Below, piece by piece: positions 1 through 10,670 of a DNA stretch of 56,722 nucleotides. A program made the translations under genes and the position numbers. Location: the sequence record SRR31156797_6672. One strand, written 5' to 3'. The notes beneath the pieces were generated by a model, which worked only from the letters and a program-made list of their open reading frames with translations, did no database searches and had not been told where the DNA came from. Positions within the stretch are counted from its first letter, which is position 1; each line of letters opens with the position of its first letter.

Positions 1-388
1 GACTAAAACGTCATGAGGTTAACCTTGACAATTGCAAAATTTTAATTGCCCAAAATTGGGCTATTGAATATCACTAAAAATTAAACTAGCACAACCTTAA
101 AGAACTATATATCAAAACTTTACAATTCGTCAACCCTCCGGGCGGAAAATTTATTGAATTTCCCGGGTTTAATTGTGACCCAAAAATTCGCGAAATACAA
201 TACGCGGTTTAGCCAGAAGTAGCACTTTACTTTTGACGTTCCAATGTGTTTCACACAATTGAAAGTCAGAAACCTGGGTGGGAATCTTCTTATCCAAAAA
301 ACTTTCGGAAATTCCAGCCCCGACAGAAGGTTGACATGACACCTGAGGATTGCAATAGAGCATACCCGGTAATATTCATGCAAACCAA

Positions 389-3300
389 CTATTGAAATAA
401 TTTATCAAAACGCGCCATCGCCTTTTCTTGTAACGGACTGTTGTTTTGGCTGCAAATCCGGATGAGCTCCTGCATCATAAAAGCCTGCAGTTGCACGTGG
501 TCATTCATTTGATTTTGATTAATGGTTTCCCCCTGGAGATAATAGTCCAGTTTACTACCGGTTGAACTATAAATATCCACCGCCAGAGTGTCACCCTTGG
601 CTATTTCACCCATTTTATAGTAACAATTAGCAAAATCCAGGGAATAATAATCAAAAGGGAACTTTTCTTTCGGGAAAACCTGTAAGGCAAGATCAATCAA
701 TTGCTCAGCTTTTTCGTGCTCACCAATTTCTATCAATTCATCCGCAACTTCTGCAAACATTTGCCTGAATCTGAAAGATGCAACATTTTGTTTTATCGTA
801 TGATCAACAAAAACGTCCGGATCGTTTACATTTCCCCATGCGAATTTTTGTGTAATAAGTTCAAACTGATGGTTGGCAAAAGTTTGGCGATCATGCAAAA
901 TGTTGGTGTTTTTATAAGGTAACAACCTAAATACCATTCCCTCACGATGCAGGTAATCCATCAAACCGATATCCTGGAACAATGTTGGATAAATAGTATA
1001 AACAGGCCGTTCCCACTTGTTGTTGGCTATCATGTCCAATATTAGCACCTCATCACGTGTGAGATATTTTTTATCGATGGAAAAATTAAGCTTATCCGGA
1101 ATTTCATTTTTGGCTATCCTGAGATTTTTCGCTGAGGTAATCAGGTTTTCAGCATCCACTTTTAGGGAGAAGTTTTTTCCAGGTATAAAATTCAATACTT
1201 CCCCCCCGCCCGCTACAACTTTTGTTCGCTGATCAGAATTCCTGATAAACTTTATCAGATCTTTTACATCTATCGAACTGTCAATCCGTGGTACTACCGG
1301 AAAATATTGATTTGTTTTCATTAAAAGTTCTTCATCTTTAAAAGAAACTGGCACTAATCCACTGCCATGATAGCTATTGTTCATTTGATTTCCATACCAG
1401 TCCATCGAAAGGAAAGGTGTAAGCACCTGACGGATATCGGGCCTGAAATTTTCCACCTGCTGTAAATACCAAATCGGGTAGGTATCGTTATCGGCAGTGG
1501 TGAAAAGAATTGCATTTTCGTCGCATGAACTCAGGATATTCTTACCAAAATCGCGGGCTGCAAATCGCCCCGACCGATCATGGTCGTCCCAATTTTCGAT
1601 GAGCAGCAGACCGGGAATACCAATCATTAGCGCAATTGCCAGGGCCCATTTTCCAAAAGTTGATCTTACTCTTCCATTCCACAAACTGAAAACAGCACCA
1701 GCACCCAGGCCAATCCACAAGGCAAAAACCATGAATGAGCCCACATGCACATAATCACGCTCGCGTGGTGTGATGGGAACCTCGTTGAGATAAAGAACAA
1801 TGGCGGGGCCTGTGAAAAAAAACAGGGTTAATGCCACCCAAAAATTTCTGGTGTCATGCTTCATATGAAAAAAGATTCCCAAAATTCCCATTAGTAGTGG
1901 TATCAGAAAATAGGTGTTTCGGGTCTTTACGTTTATCAGGATATTGGGAATTTGATCCTGACTGCCCAAACGATGGCCGTCGATGACTGGAATTCCTGAC
2001 ATCCAATTCCCTGAAAAACGGTCACCGACCCCTTGTGTGTCGTTTTGCCTTCCTGCAAAATTCCACATAAAATACCTGAGATACATATGTCCTAACTGGT
2101 ATTTCATGAAAAACCTGAAATTGTCGAAAAATGTAGGGACGACAATGGTTTTGGATTTTCCATCGATTTCCTTGACCGAAACCCTGCGCCCCTTAATTTC
2201 AACCCAACGCTTATAGGCTTCGACATGACGTGGTTCCTGGCTGGCCATACGCGGAAACAGGCTCAGCGTTGCAGGATCGTATTCATAGGTTGGATTCAAC
2301 TCATCTTTAAAATATTTCCCATTGTATAATTTGTGGGTGAACCGTTTTTCAGATCCTATGACTGGTGAACTAAAACCATTGCCATAAAAAAGTGGGCGTT
2401 TTGGGTATTGTTCCCGGTTGAGATAATCAACCAAGCCAAACACATTTTCCACATTGTTGATGTCCACAAAAGGATCGTCTGCTGAACGGACAACTAAAAC
2501 AGTGAATGATGAATAGCCAATTAGCCAAAATGAAATCAGTAAAACTGTAAAGCGTAGCACGTGTTTTTTGGTTTTACCAAAATACCGATACAGGGAAATC
2601 AAGGCCAGTGCAACCAAATAAACAAAAATCAGCACCCCGGAATATACTGGCAGATTGAGGTTATTCACAGCCAGCAAATCGAAATATGCAGCCGTTTTTG
2701 CCACACCAGGAATTATTCCATAAATAAACATCACGATTATCAAAACCGAAATGCTCAAGGTTAACAATGTTTTTCTGAGGGTTGGAATATGGTGTTTATG
2801 ATAAACTACCAACGCCATAGCCGGCAGAGCCAGCAGGTTGAGCAGATGTATTCCAACTGAAAGACCCAACAGGAAGAATATCAAAACCAGCCATCGGTTT
2901 TCGGGCCAGCCCCTGGGTGCCTGTTCATATTTGATAATGCACCAAACCACCAGTACTGAAAATAAAGAGGAGGTAGCATAAACTTCGGCCTCCACAGCCG
3001 AAAACCAGAAACTGTCAGTGAATGCATAGGATAGCGATCCTGTAAGTGAGGCAACAACTGCTATGAAATGTACCCTGTTAGATGTTGTTTCCGAATGCAA
3101 ATTTTTTATCAGCTTTATCGAAAACCAGTAAATGATATGGAAAAGAAGCATTACGGTAAGTGCACTTGCCACCGCAGATAAGGCATTTATGGCTATGGCA
3201 ACATTTTGAGTATTTCCACCTGCCATAAAGCTAAAGAGGCGCCCCAACAGCATGTATACCGGAGCTCCGGGAGCGTGGCCAACTACAAGTTTATAAGCAC

Positions 3301-3421
3301 TGGCAATAAACTCGCTGCAATCCCAAAAACTGGCTGATGGCTCAAGGGTTGAAAGATAAACAACAAATGAGGTTAAAAACGCAAATCCGCCAAAAATTCG
3401 CTTTTGTAATAGGTTGTTCAT
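389..3421 (-). CDS. DUF2723-domain polytopic membrane protein (TMEM260-like / GT117 putative GT-C protein O-mannosyltransferase)
   Basis: 1010-aa ORF with N-terminal motifs SASFWDCSEFIASAYKLVVGHAPGAP, SFWFSAVEAEVYA and GIHLLNLL; later PRERDY, ENWDDHDRS and DNDTYPIWYLQQVE; many TM segments and a TPR-like helical C-terminus. Confidence 0.9.
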   Translation of the reverse strand: MNNLLQKRIFGGFAFLTSFVVYLSTLEPSASFWDCSEFIASAYKLVVGHAPGAPVYMLLGRLFSFMAGGNTQNVAIAINALSAVASALTVMLLFHIIYWFSIKLIKNLHSETTSNRVHFIAVVASLTGSLSYAFTDSFWFSAVEAEVYATSSLFSVLVVWCIIKYEQAPRGWPENRWLVLIFFLLGLSVGIHLLNLLALPAMALVVYHKHHIPTLRKTLLTLSISVLIIVMFIYGIIPGVAKTAAYFDLLAVNNLNLPVYSGVLIFVYLVALALISLYRYFGKTKKHVLRFTVLLISFWLIGYSSFTVLVVRSADDPFVDINNVENVFGLVDYLNREQYPKRPLFYGNGFSSPVIGSEKRFTHKLYNGKYFKDELNPTYEYDPATLSLFPRMASQEPRHVEAYKRWVEIKGRRVSVKEIDGKSKTIVVPTFFDNFRFFMKYQLGHMYLRYFMWNFAGRQNDTQGVGDRFSGNWMSGIPVIDGHRLGSQDQIPNILINVKTRNTYFLIPLLMGILGIFFHMKHDTRNFWVALTLFFFTGPAIVLYLNEVPITPRERDYVHVGSFMVFALWIGLGAGAVFSLWNGRVRSTFGKWALAIALMIGIPGLLLIENWDDHDRSGRFAARDFGKNILSSCDENAILFTTADNDTYPIWYLQQVENFRPDIRQVLTPFLSMDWYGNQMNNSYHGSGLVPVSFKDEELLMKTNQYFPVVPRIDSSIDVKDLIKFIRNSDQRTKVVAGGGEVLNFIPGKNFSLKVDAENLITSAKNLRIAKNEIPDKLNFSIDKKYLTRDEVLILDMIANNKWERPVYTIYPTLFQDIGLMDYLHREGMVFRLLPYKNTNILHDRQTFANHQFELITQKFAWGNVNDPDVFVDHTIKQNVASFRFRQMFAEVADELIEIGEHEKAEQLIDLALQVFPKEKFPFDYYSLDFANCYYKMGEIAKGDTLAVDIYSSTGSKLDYYLQGETINQNQMNDHVQLQAFMMQELIRICSQNNSPLQEKAMARFDKLFQ

Positions 3422-3693
3422 GGTTAATCAATTTTAGAATTAACCACTACTACACTGTTATCCGGAAAGGTTCATCCCTGTTCGGGGATAGAACAGGTCA
3501 TCCATTTTCAGCTCATTTTGAATCAAACCTGTGGAATGGATATTTGGGTTCAACCCCCAGGCCCAATCATCATTAGGTTTTTATTCATCCTTAAAATTCA
3601 AATAGTTATAGCCAAATTGAACTCATTTGTGATGGGCCTACTGACGAAACAAATCAACAAAATTATTTGACGATTCATTATTTCATAATCCCA

Positions 3694-3701
3694 TACCTTT
3701 G
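3694..3701 (+). promoter_or_regulatory. Bacteroidota sigma-A -7 element (TACCTTTG) upstream of tgt
   Basis: Exact TAnnTTTG match 20 nt before the tgt ATG. Confidence 0.6.
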
Positions 3702-3721
3702 CCGGCTAAACATTTTTTTAA

Positions 3722-4852
3722 ATGATATTTAAACTTCACACCACTGATACCAAATCCGCAGCCCGGGCAGGTACGATCAATACCGACCATGGCGAAATCC
3801 AAACCCCGATATTTATGCCGGTAGGCACTGCCGGAACAGTTAAAGCCGTTCATTTCAAGGATATTAAAGATGACGTAAAAGCACAGATCATCCTGGGGAA
3901 TACCTACCATCTTTATTTGCGTCCGGGCTTAGAGGTAATCGAAGAAGCCGGTGGACTGCATAAATTCAATGGATGGGAAAAGCCTATCCTTACTGACAGC
4001 GGTGGATACCAGGTTTTTTCGCTTTCAGCACAGCGCAAGTTGACCGAGGAGGGCGCTCATTTTCGCTCCCACATCGATGGTTCAAAGCACCTGTTCACCC
4101 CTGAAAACGTGATGGAAATCCAGCGCACCATTGGTGCCGACATCATAATGGCATTTGATGAATGCACTCCCTGGCCCTGCGAGTTCGACTATGCCAAAAA
4201 CTCGCTCGACCTCACACACCGCTGGCTCGACCGGTGCATCACACATTTTAAAAATACCGAACCAAAATACGACTACAGCCAATCGCTTTTTCCCATAGTG
4301 CAGGGAAGCACATTTCCTGATCTCCGTAAAAAATCTGCTGAATTCATCGCATCGCGCGAAGCGGAAGGTAATGCCATTGGCGGGCTCTCGGTGGGTGAAC
4401 CTGCTGAAATGATGTATGAAATGACGGACCTGGTTTGCCGCATTTTGCCAAAAGAAAGGCCCCGCTACCTGATGGGCGTGGGTACGCCGGTAAATATCCT
4501 CGAAAATATTGCGCTTGGAATTGACATGTTCGACTGTGTGATGCCAACCCGAAACGGCCGCAACGGTATGCTGTTTACCAGCGAGGGTATCCTGAACATG
4601 AAAAACGAAAAGTGGAAAAACGACTTCTCCCCCGTGGATGAAAACGGAACCTCTTTTGTCGATAATCAATATTCGAAGGCCTTTTTGAGGCACCTTTTTA
4701 TTTCCAATGAATACCTGGCTCCCATGATCGCCAGCCAGCACAACCTGGCATTTTATCTGTGGCTGGTCGAAACTGCCCGTGAGAAAATACTGGATGGCTC
4801 TTTCACCAGCTGGAAGAATGAAATGGTACAAAAACTTGACAAACGACTATAA
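3722..4852 (+). CDS. tgt: tRNA-guanine(34) transglycosylase (queuine tRNA-ribosyltransferase)
   Basis: Motifs TPIFMPVGT, ILGNTYHLYLRPG, LTDSGGYQVFSL, MAFDEC, RYLMGVG, DMFDCVMPTRNGRNG and HNL. Confidence 0.98.
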   Translation: MIFKLHTTDTKSAARAGTINTDHGEIQTPIFMPVGTAGTVKAVHFKDIKDDVKAQIILGNTYHLYLRPGLEVIEEAGGLHKFNGWEKPILTDSGGYQVFSLSAQRKLTEEGAHFRSHIDGSKHLFTPENVMEIQRTIGADIIMAFDECTPWPCEFDYAKNSLDLTHRWLDRCITHFKNTEPKYDYSQSLFPIVQGSTFPDLRKKSAEFIASREAEGNAIGGLSVGEPAEMMYEMTDLVCRILPKERPRYLMGVGTPVNILENIALGIDMFDCVMPTRNGRNGMLFTSEGILNMKNEKWKNDFSPVDENGTSFVDNQYSKAFLRHLFISNEYLAPMIASQHNLAFYLWLVETAREKILDGSFTSWKNEMVQKLDKRL

Positions 4853-4926
4853 TTGAATGTACCACGGAATAGTGGTATTTATTTTTATTTTTGGCCATTC
4901 ATAAATTTAACACAAAACCTATTATC

Positions 4927-7900
4927 ATGAAAAACCTCCTGTCCCTCACTGCCCTTTTAATGGTTTTCATCACAACCACATTCTCACAAACCAATGATCC
5001 CTTGTGGATGCGATACCCCGCCATTTCACCGGACGGAAAAACCATTGTGTTCAGCTACCAGGGGGATCTTTTTAAAGTCTCCGCCGAAGGTGGCGACGCC
5101 ATCCCTTTAACCAGGCACAGCGCCTACGACTTCAGTCCTGTTTGGTCGCCCGACGGAAAAACCATCGCATTTGCATCAACCCGGTATGGAAACTTCGACA
5201 TCTTCACCATCCCTGCAAATGGTGGAAAAGCCCAACGAGTTACAGATTTTTCAGGGACAGAACTCCCCAATTCCTTCACCCCGGATGGTCAAAAAATTCT
5301 TTATTCTGCCTCCATCCAGGATGTGCGCGAAAACCAAATGTTTCCATCAGGTGTGCTCTCAGAGCTTTATGCCGTTCCGGTTGATGGCGGACGTCCGGAA
5401 CAAATAATTTCGGTTCCCGCTGAAAAGGCGCAAATGAGCACAGATGGAAAAACAATACTTTTTCAGGACAGGAAGGGCTACGAAAATATCTGGCGAAAGC
5501 ACCACACATCATCCATTGCCCGCGATATCTGGAAATATAATATCGAGAATAACAAATATCAAAAACTAACCGGCTTTGAAGGTGAAGACCGCAACCCGGT
5601 TTTTAGTAACGACGAAAGAAAATTGTTTTACCTCAGCGAAAAATCCGGTTCGTTTAATGTGTGGGAAAAGTCCATCAACGGCCTGATGCCCTACGAAAAA
5701 CAACACACGGCATTCGATAATCATCCGGTTAGATTTTTAACGGTTGGCACCAACGACAGGCTGTGTTTTGGATATGATGGTGAAATCTACATCAAAGATT
5801 TAAACCAGGATCCCGTCAAGGTAAAGATCCGCATTGCTGTGGATGATTCGGAAAACCCGGTGGATTATGAAAAGAAAAATAACGGAGCCCGGGAAATGGC
5901 CGTTTCGCCGGATGGTAAAGAAATAGCTTTTGTGCTCAGAGGCGATGTTTTTGTAACCTCCACCGATTTCAAGACCACCAAGAACCTAACAAAAACTCCG
6001 GAACAGGAACGATCTGTAAGTTTTAGCCCCTGTGGACGTAAGCTGCTGTATGCCGGCGAACGCGATGGTAGCTGGAATGTTTATGAAACAAAAATCGTTC
6101 GGGAGGAAGACCCTAATTTTTCAAGGGCAACACTGCTGGAAGAAAAACCGGTAATTGCCACAGCCGAAGAGGAGTTCCAGCCTGAATATTCACCTGATGG
6201 TAAAGAGGTTGCCTATTTTGAAAACCGCGAAACACTTCGTATAATTAATCTTAAATCCAAAGAGGTAAGAACTGTTCTGGACGGTAAATACAACTATTCT
6301 TATGCGGATGGTGATATGTGGTACAACTGGTCGCCAGACAGCAAGTGGCTGCTGGTGAATTTTTCGCCGAACAGTGCTTTCATGAATGATGCCGGACTGG
6401 TTAAGGCCGATGAGTCGGAAGGGGTGGTAAACCTTACCCTCAGCGGCTACAACGACAGCCGCCCCAAATGGATGATGGATGGGGAAATGATGATCTGGTT
6501 TTCTGATCGTCAGGGAATGCGAAGCCATGGTAGCTGGGGCGCACAGATGGATGTTTACGCCATGTTTTTCAACCGGGAGGCCTGGGATAAATTTAAGCTG
6601 ACCGAAGAAGAGAAAGAGCTGCTGGATTCAGATGATGAGGAAAAGGATACAGAAGCAGAAGAAGATGAGGACGACACAAAAAAGAAAAAGGATAAAAAGA
6701 AGGATAGTGAAGATGAGAAGGAAAAGGAGGTGGAGCCCATTAAAATTGATTTGGATGACATCGAAGACCGGAAAACCAGGCTTACGATCAACTCTTCATC
6801 ACTTTCTGATGCAATCATTACCAAAGACGGTGAAAAGCTTTACTACCTGAGTCGGTTTGAAAAGGGTTATGATTTATGGATGAAGGACCTTGTGAAAAAT
6901 GAAACCAAGCTCGTGCTGAAACTTGAAGGTGGCGGCGGGGCCCTTCAAATGGATAAGAAGGGTAAAAACCTTTACATGATTTCAGGCGGCAAATTCATCA
7001 AAGTGAAAATAGCCGACAACAAAAAGGAAATGATCAGCTATGATGCAGAGCAGTTTGTTGATTTCCCGGCCGAACGGGATTACATGTTTGAACACGTTTG
7101 GCGCCAGGTTCGGGAGAAGTTTTACGATCCGGACCTCCAGGGTGTTGACTGGGATTTTTACAAGAAGGAATACCAAAAGTTCCTGCCTTACATCACCAAT
7201 AACTTTGACTACGCCGAAATGCTGAGCGAAATGCTCGGTGAGCTTAATGCCTCGCACACAGGTTCAGGATATCGCTTTTCTGATAAAGATGGCGACAAAA
7301 CTGCCAGCCTCGGCATTCTGTTTGACTGGAGCTGGCTGGATGTAGGAATCAGGGTTGTGGAAGTACTCGATAAAGGGCCATTTGATAATTCAAAATCAAA
7401 ACTCAGGTCCGGCCATATCATCGAAAAATTAAATGGTGAAACCATCGAAGCTGATCAGAGTTTTTTTGGCATGCTCAACCAAAAAGCCGGCAAACCCATG
7501 CTGGTTTCAATTTTCGATCCGGAATCCGGAGAGCGCTGGGATGAAACCATCAAGCCCATTTCTTACGGAAAATATAACCAGCTTTTGTATGAAAGATGGG
7601 TTGAACAGCGCCGTGAAATGACCGAGGAGCTTTCGGGGGGACGGTTGGGTTATGTGCATGTCCGCAGCATGGGAAGCCAGAGTTTCAGAGAAGTATACTC
7701 AGAAATCCTTGGCCGCCATCACGAAAAAGAGGCCATCATTGTGGACACCAGGTTTAATGGTGGTGGATGGCTGCACAACGATTTGGCCATTCTGCTCAAC
7801 GGCCAAAAATATGTAGAGTTGTGGCCCAACGGAAAAAAATATGGTCATGAACCCATGAACCAGTGGATCAAACCATCGGCTGTATTGATGAGCGAAAGCA

Positions 7901-8202
7901 ATTATTCAGATGCTCATTTTTTTCCATACACTTATACAACCCTCAACCTGGGAACAACAGTTGGAATGCCGGTTCCGGGAACAGCCACTGCCGTTTGGTG
8001 GGAAACGCTTCTGGATCCAAAACTTTATTTTGGAATTCCACAGGTTGGCACTAAAGATGCCCAGGGCCGATACCTCGAAAACCTGCAACTTGAACCGGAT
8101 ATTGAACAACGCCTGGATTATAATGTGGTAGTTGAAGGCCGTGATCAACAGCTGGAAGCAGCGGTGGGTTATTTGATGGGAGTTATTGATCAGGATAAAT
8201 AG
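4927..8202 (+). CDS. Tricorn-like S41 family protease (PD40 beta-propellers, PDZ and S41 catalytic domains), secreted
   Basis: Likely start ATG 4927 (MKNLLSLTALL signal peptide); repeated SPDGK propeller motifs; EMLGELNASHTG, DTRFNGGG, SNYSDAH (catalytic Ser region), GRDQQLE. The ORF track starts at TTG 4891. Confidence 0.93.
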   Translation: MKNLLSLTALLMVFITTTFSQTNDPLWMRYPAISPDGKTIVFSYQGDLFKVSAEGGDAIPLTRHSAYDFSPVWSPDGKTIAFASTRYGNFDIFTIPANGGKAQRVTDFSGTELPNSFTPDGQKILYSASIQDVRENQMFPSGVLSELYAVPVDGGRPEQIISVPAEKAQMSTDGKTILFQDRKGYENIWRKHHTSSIARDIWKYNIENNKYQKLTGFEGEDRNPVFSNDERKLFYLSEKSGSFNVWEKSINGLMPYEKQHTAFDNHPVRFLTVGTNDRLCFGYDGEIYIKDLNQDPVKVKIRIAVDDSENPVDYEKKNNGAREMAVSPDGKEIAFVLRGDVFVTSTDFKTTKNLTKTPEQERSVSFSPCGRKLLYAGERDGSWNVYETKIVREEDPNFSRATLLEEKPVIATAEEEFQPEYSPDGKEVAYFENRETLRIINLKSKEVRTVLDGKYNYSYADGDMWYNWSPDSKWLLVNFSPNSAFMNDAGLVKADESEGVVNLTLSGYNDSRPKWMMDGEMMIWFSDRQGMRSHGSWGAQMDVYAMFFNREAWDKFKLTEEEKELLDSDDEEKDTEAEEDEDDTKKKKDKKKDSEDEKEKEVEPIKIDLDDIEDRKTRLTINSSSLSDAIITKDGEKLYYLSRFEKGYDLWMKDLVKNETKLVLKLEGGGGALQMDKKGKNLYMISGGKFIKVKIADNKKEMISYDAEQFVDFPAERDYMFEHVWRQVREKFYDPDLQGVDWDFYKKEYQKFLPYITNNFDYAEMLSEMLGELNASHTGSGYRFSDKDGDKTASLGILFDWSWLDVGIRVVEVLDKGPFDNSKSKLRSGHIIEKLNGETIEADQSFFGMLNQKAGKPMLVSIFDPESGERWDETIKPISYGKYNQLLYERWVEQRREMTEELSGGRLGYVHVRSMGSQSFREVYSEILGRHHEKEAIIVDTRFNGGGWLHNDLAILLNGQKYVELWPNGKKYGHEPMNQWIKPSAVLMSESNYSDAHFFPYTYTTLNLGTTVGMPVPGTATAVWWETLLDPKLYFGIPQVGTKDAQGRYLENLQLEPDIEQRLDYNVVVEGRDQQLEAAVGYLMGVIDQDK

Positions 8203-8292
8203 GTTCGTGTACACCGGGCACAAAAGCCTTACCCCGGAATTGCTTATTTTTGCCTCCGGAAGTTTTCGAAACATAAATCAAACAATACAACC

Positions 8293-9846
8293 TTGCCAAT
8301 AATTGGTTCAATCATAAAGCGCGCCATTGAGCTGAGAAGCATGAGCAACAAAGAAAACCAGCCTAAGTTTGATGGCTGTAAAGCTCAACAAACTGTGCTG
8401 AAAAAACTTCTGCGCAAAGCTCAGTATACTCATTTTGGAGAACATTATAATTTCTCTGACATACTCCGCTCAAAAACCATTTATGAGGAATATAAAAAAG
8501 CTGTTCCTGTTCATGACTACAATGCCATATTCAAGAAGTGGTGGTATCGTGCGCTTAATGGTGAGCCCTTTGTTAGCTGGCCCGGCAAGGTAAAATACTT
8601 TGCGCTGAGTTCCGGAACATCAGAAGCCTCAAGTAAGTATATCCCGGTGACAGCTGATATGCTCCGGTCGATAAAAAAAACCAGCGTACGGCAACTTCTG
8701 TCCATGGCCCAATACAATTTTCCTCCCGAGTTTTTCGAAAAAGGAAAAGGCATCCTGATGCTGGGCGGCAGCACACACCTGCAGTTCAATGGTACATATT
8801 ATGCCGGTGACCTGTCAGGAATTACCACAGGAAATATCCCGTTTTGGTTCCAGGTTTTCTATAAGCCGGGAAAACGCATTTCGAAGGAACGCGATTGGAA
8901 CACCAAGCTGGAAGAGATCGTAAAAAACGCACGGAACTGGGATATTGGCGTAATTGTTGGCGTTCCGGCATGGCTCCAGATTTTGCTGGAAAGGATCATT
9001 AAAGAATACAGCCTCACTAATATACACGAAATCTGGCCAAACCTTACCATTTATGTTCATGGTGGCGTTTCATTTTCACCCTATGTTAAAGGTTTCGAAA
9101 AATTACTGGGAAAGCCCCTGACATACATGGAAACGTACCTGGCATCCGAAGGGTTTATTGCCTACCAAAAAAGGCCTGGTGTTGACTCCATGCAGCTTTT
9201 ACTGGATAATGGATTATTTTTTGAGTTTGTTCCTTTTAATGAAGAAAATTTTGATGAGGATGGTAACATCTTAGAAAATCCAGAGACCATAACACTAAAA
9301 GATGTTGAAGAAAACAAAGAATACGCAATACTGATCAGCAGTAATGCCGGTGCATGGAGATACCTGATTGGAGATACCGTGAAATTCACTTCAAAGAAAC
9401 TCAACGAAATCCGCATAACCGGCCGCACCAAACATTACCTGAGCCTTTGTGGTGAGCACCTTTCGCAAGACAACATGAACCGGGCGATAGAATTGATGAG
9501 CGCTGATTTGAATATTGATGTGCGCGAATTTACCGTTGCCGGAATTAAGCACGAATCTATGTTCGCCCATAAGTGGTTTCTGGGCACTGACGATGATGTT
9601 GATCCCAAGGTTGCAAAAAGAATGATCGATGAAAACCTTAAAAAGCTTAATGATGACTATCGCGTTGAGCGAATTGCCGCTATTAAAGATGTTTTTGTAG
9701 AAGTGTTGCCTTCAAAAGTCTTTTACCAGTGGATGCGTGATCATGGTAAAGAAGGCGCCCAAAATAAATTTCCGCGTGTAATGAAGTCGAAACAAATAGC
9801 GGAATGGGAGCACTACATCCGGGAATATAAAGCACTATCCCTGTAA
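8293..9846 (+). CDS. GH3 auxin-responsive promoter family protein (adenylate-forming acyl-amido synthetase-like)
   Basis: Motifs FALSSGTS-SKYIP, GDLSGI, ETYLASEGF, AGAWRYLIGD, ITGRTKH, GAQNKFPR; TTG start preceded by TATTTTTG. Confidence 0.92.
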   Translation: MPIIGSIIKRAIELRSMSNKENQPKFDGCKAQQTVLKKLLRKAQYTHFGEHYNFSDILRSKTIYEEYKKAVPVHDYNAIFKKWWYRALNGEPFVSWPGKVKYFALSSGTSEASSKYIPVTADMLRSIKKTSVRQLLSMAQYNFPPEFFEKGKGILMLGGSTHLQFNGTYYAGDLSGITTGNIPFWFQVFYKPGKRISKERDWNTKLEEIVKNARNWDIGVIVGVPAWLQILLERIIKEYSLTNIHEIWPNLTIYVHGGVSFSPYVKGFEKLLGKPLTYMETYLASEGFIAYQKRPGVDSMQLLLDNGLFFEFVPFNEENFDEDGNILENPETITLKDVEENKEYAILISSNAGAWRYLIGDTVKFTSKKLNEIRITGRTKHYLSLCGEHLSQDNMNRAIELMSADLNIDVREFTVAGIKHESMFAHKWFLGTDDDVDPKVAKRMIDENLKKLNDDYRVERIAAIKDVFVEVLPSKVFYQWMRDHGKEGAQNKFPRVMKSKQIAEWEHYIREYKALSL

Positions 9847-9956
9847 AAAACCCATTTCCAATTATTTTATCTATCCTCTTTTTTCCCATAGTCTCTTCAA
9901 ATCATATAGATTGGATGGTTTGGTATTCATGATAATTGCTGAAATAAAAAATCTTT

Positions 9957-9964
9957 TACTTTTG
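9957..9964 (+). promoter_or_regulatory. Bacteroidota -7 promoter element (TACTTTTG) upstream of the LysE gene
   Basis: Exact TAnnTTTG match in an AT-rich intergenic region. Confidence 0.55.
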
Positions 9965-10028
9965 CCCGTCAAATCTAACCATTGCTGATCTTTAAAGATG
10001 ATAACGTTAGATCATTATAATTCAACCA

Positions 10029-10670
10029 ATGAATCCATTAATTGAAGGTGCCATACTGGGATTAACTTTAGCCGTGCTGTTAGGTCCGGCACTTTTTGCG
10101 CTTGTACAAACAAGTATTCACCGTGGGTTCCGGTCTGGCGCATTCCTGGCGTTTGGCATTTTCCTCAGCGATATTACCCTCGTTTTTCTGTGTTATATGG
10201 GTGCCATGCAAATCATTTCAAGTGGCAATAACCGGCTCATTTTTGGGATTATTGCGGGTGCAATTCTCATTGTTTACGGGATTGTTGCCTTTAGTCGTCA
10301 TGTAAAAATCAATGGCAACAATAACAACAATAACAACACGCCCACCCCCCCATGGTTTACCTTTGTGTTGAAGGGTTATTTCCTGAACGTTGCCAATCCT
10401 TACGTATGGCTTTTCTGGATGACGGTTACGGTTGGTGTAACATCAGATTATGGGGATGAAAATATCCGGTCGGCAACATTGTTTTTTACCGGAGCCCTGC
10501 TCATGGTGCTGTTAACAGACCTGGTTAAAGCCTATGTAGCAAAAAAGATCAAATCATTGCTCAACGAAAAAAATGTGAGAAGGATGAATAAAATAGTGGG
10601 AATTCTGCTGTTTTCCTTTGGTGTAATATTGATTATTCGGGCAGTTATGTCGTACTACGACTTTATTTAA
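10029..10670 (+). CDS. LysE/RhtB family translocator
   Basis: 213 aa, ~6 TM segments, GP motif near the N-terminus (LLGPALFAL), GIFLSD, LNVANPYVWLFW. Confidence 0.88.
   Translation: MNPLIEGAILGLTLAVLLGPALFALVQTSIHRGFRSGAFLAFGIFLSDITLVFLCYMGAMQIISSGNNRLIFGIIAGAILIVYGIVAFSRHVKINGNNNNNNNTPTPPWFTFVLKGYFLNVANPYVWLFWMTVTVGVTSDYGDENIRSATLFFTGALLMVLLTDLVKAYVAKKIKSLLNEKNVRRMNKIVGILLFSFGVILIIRAVMSYYDFI

Noticed and set aside
120-383. 87-aa and 64-aa minus-strand ORFs downstream of the DUF2723 gene
   Set aside because: No recognisable motifs, atypical composition, and overlapping alternative frames.
3470-3566. Several small hairpins between the DUF2723 gene and tgt as a possible riboswitch (e.g. preQ1) or tRNA
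   Set aside because: No recognisable aptamer or cloverleaf consensus, and it lies upstream of the tgt promoter motif rather than in its leader.
4082-4831. 249-aa antisense ORF (similarly 15923-16510, 37917-38420, 40558-41052 and 49893-50492)
   Set aside because: Shadow ORFs fully opposite well-supported genes.
6600-6735. Purine-rich low-complexity stretch in the S41 gene
   Set aside because: Encodes the Asp/Glu/Lys linker commonly seen in tricorn-like proteases.
10317-10337. (AAY)7 run encoding poly-Asn in LysE
   Set aside because: In-frame mixed-codon trinucleotide run in a variable loop; cannot cause phase variation.
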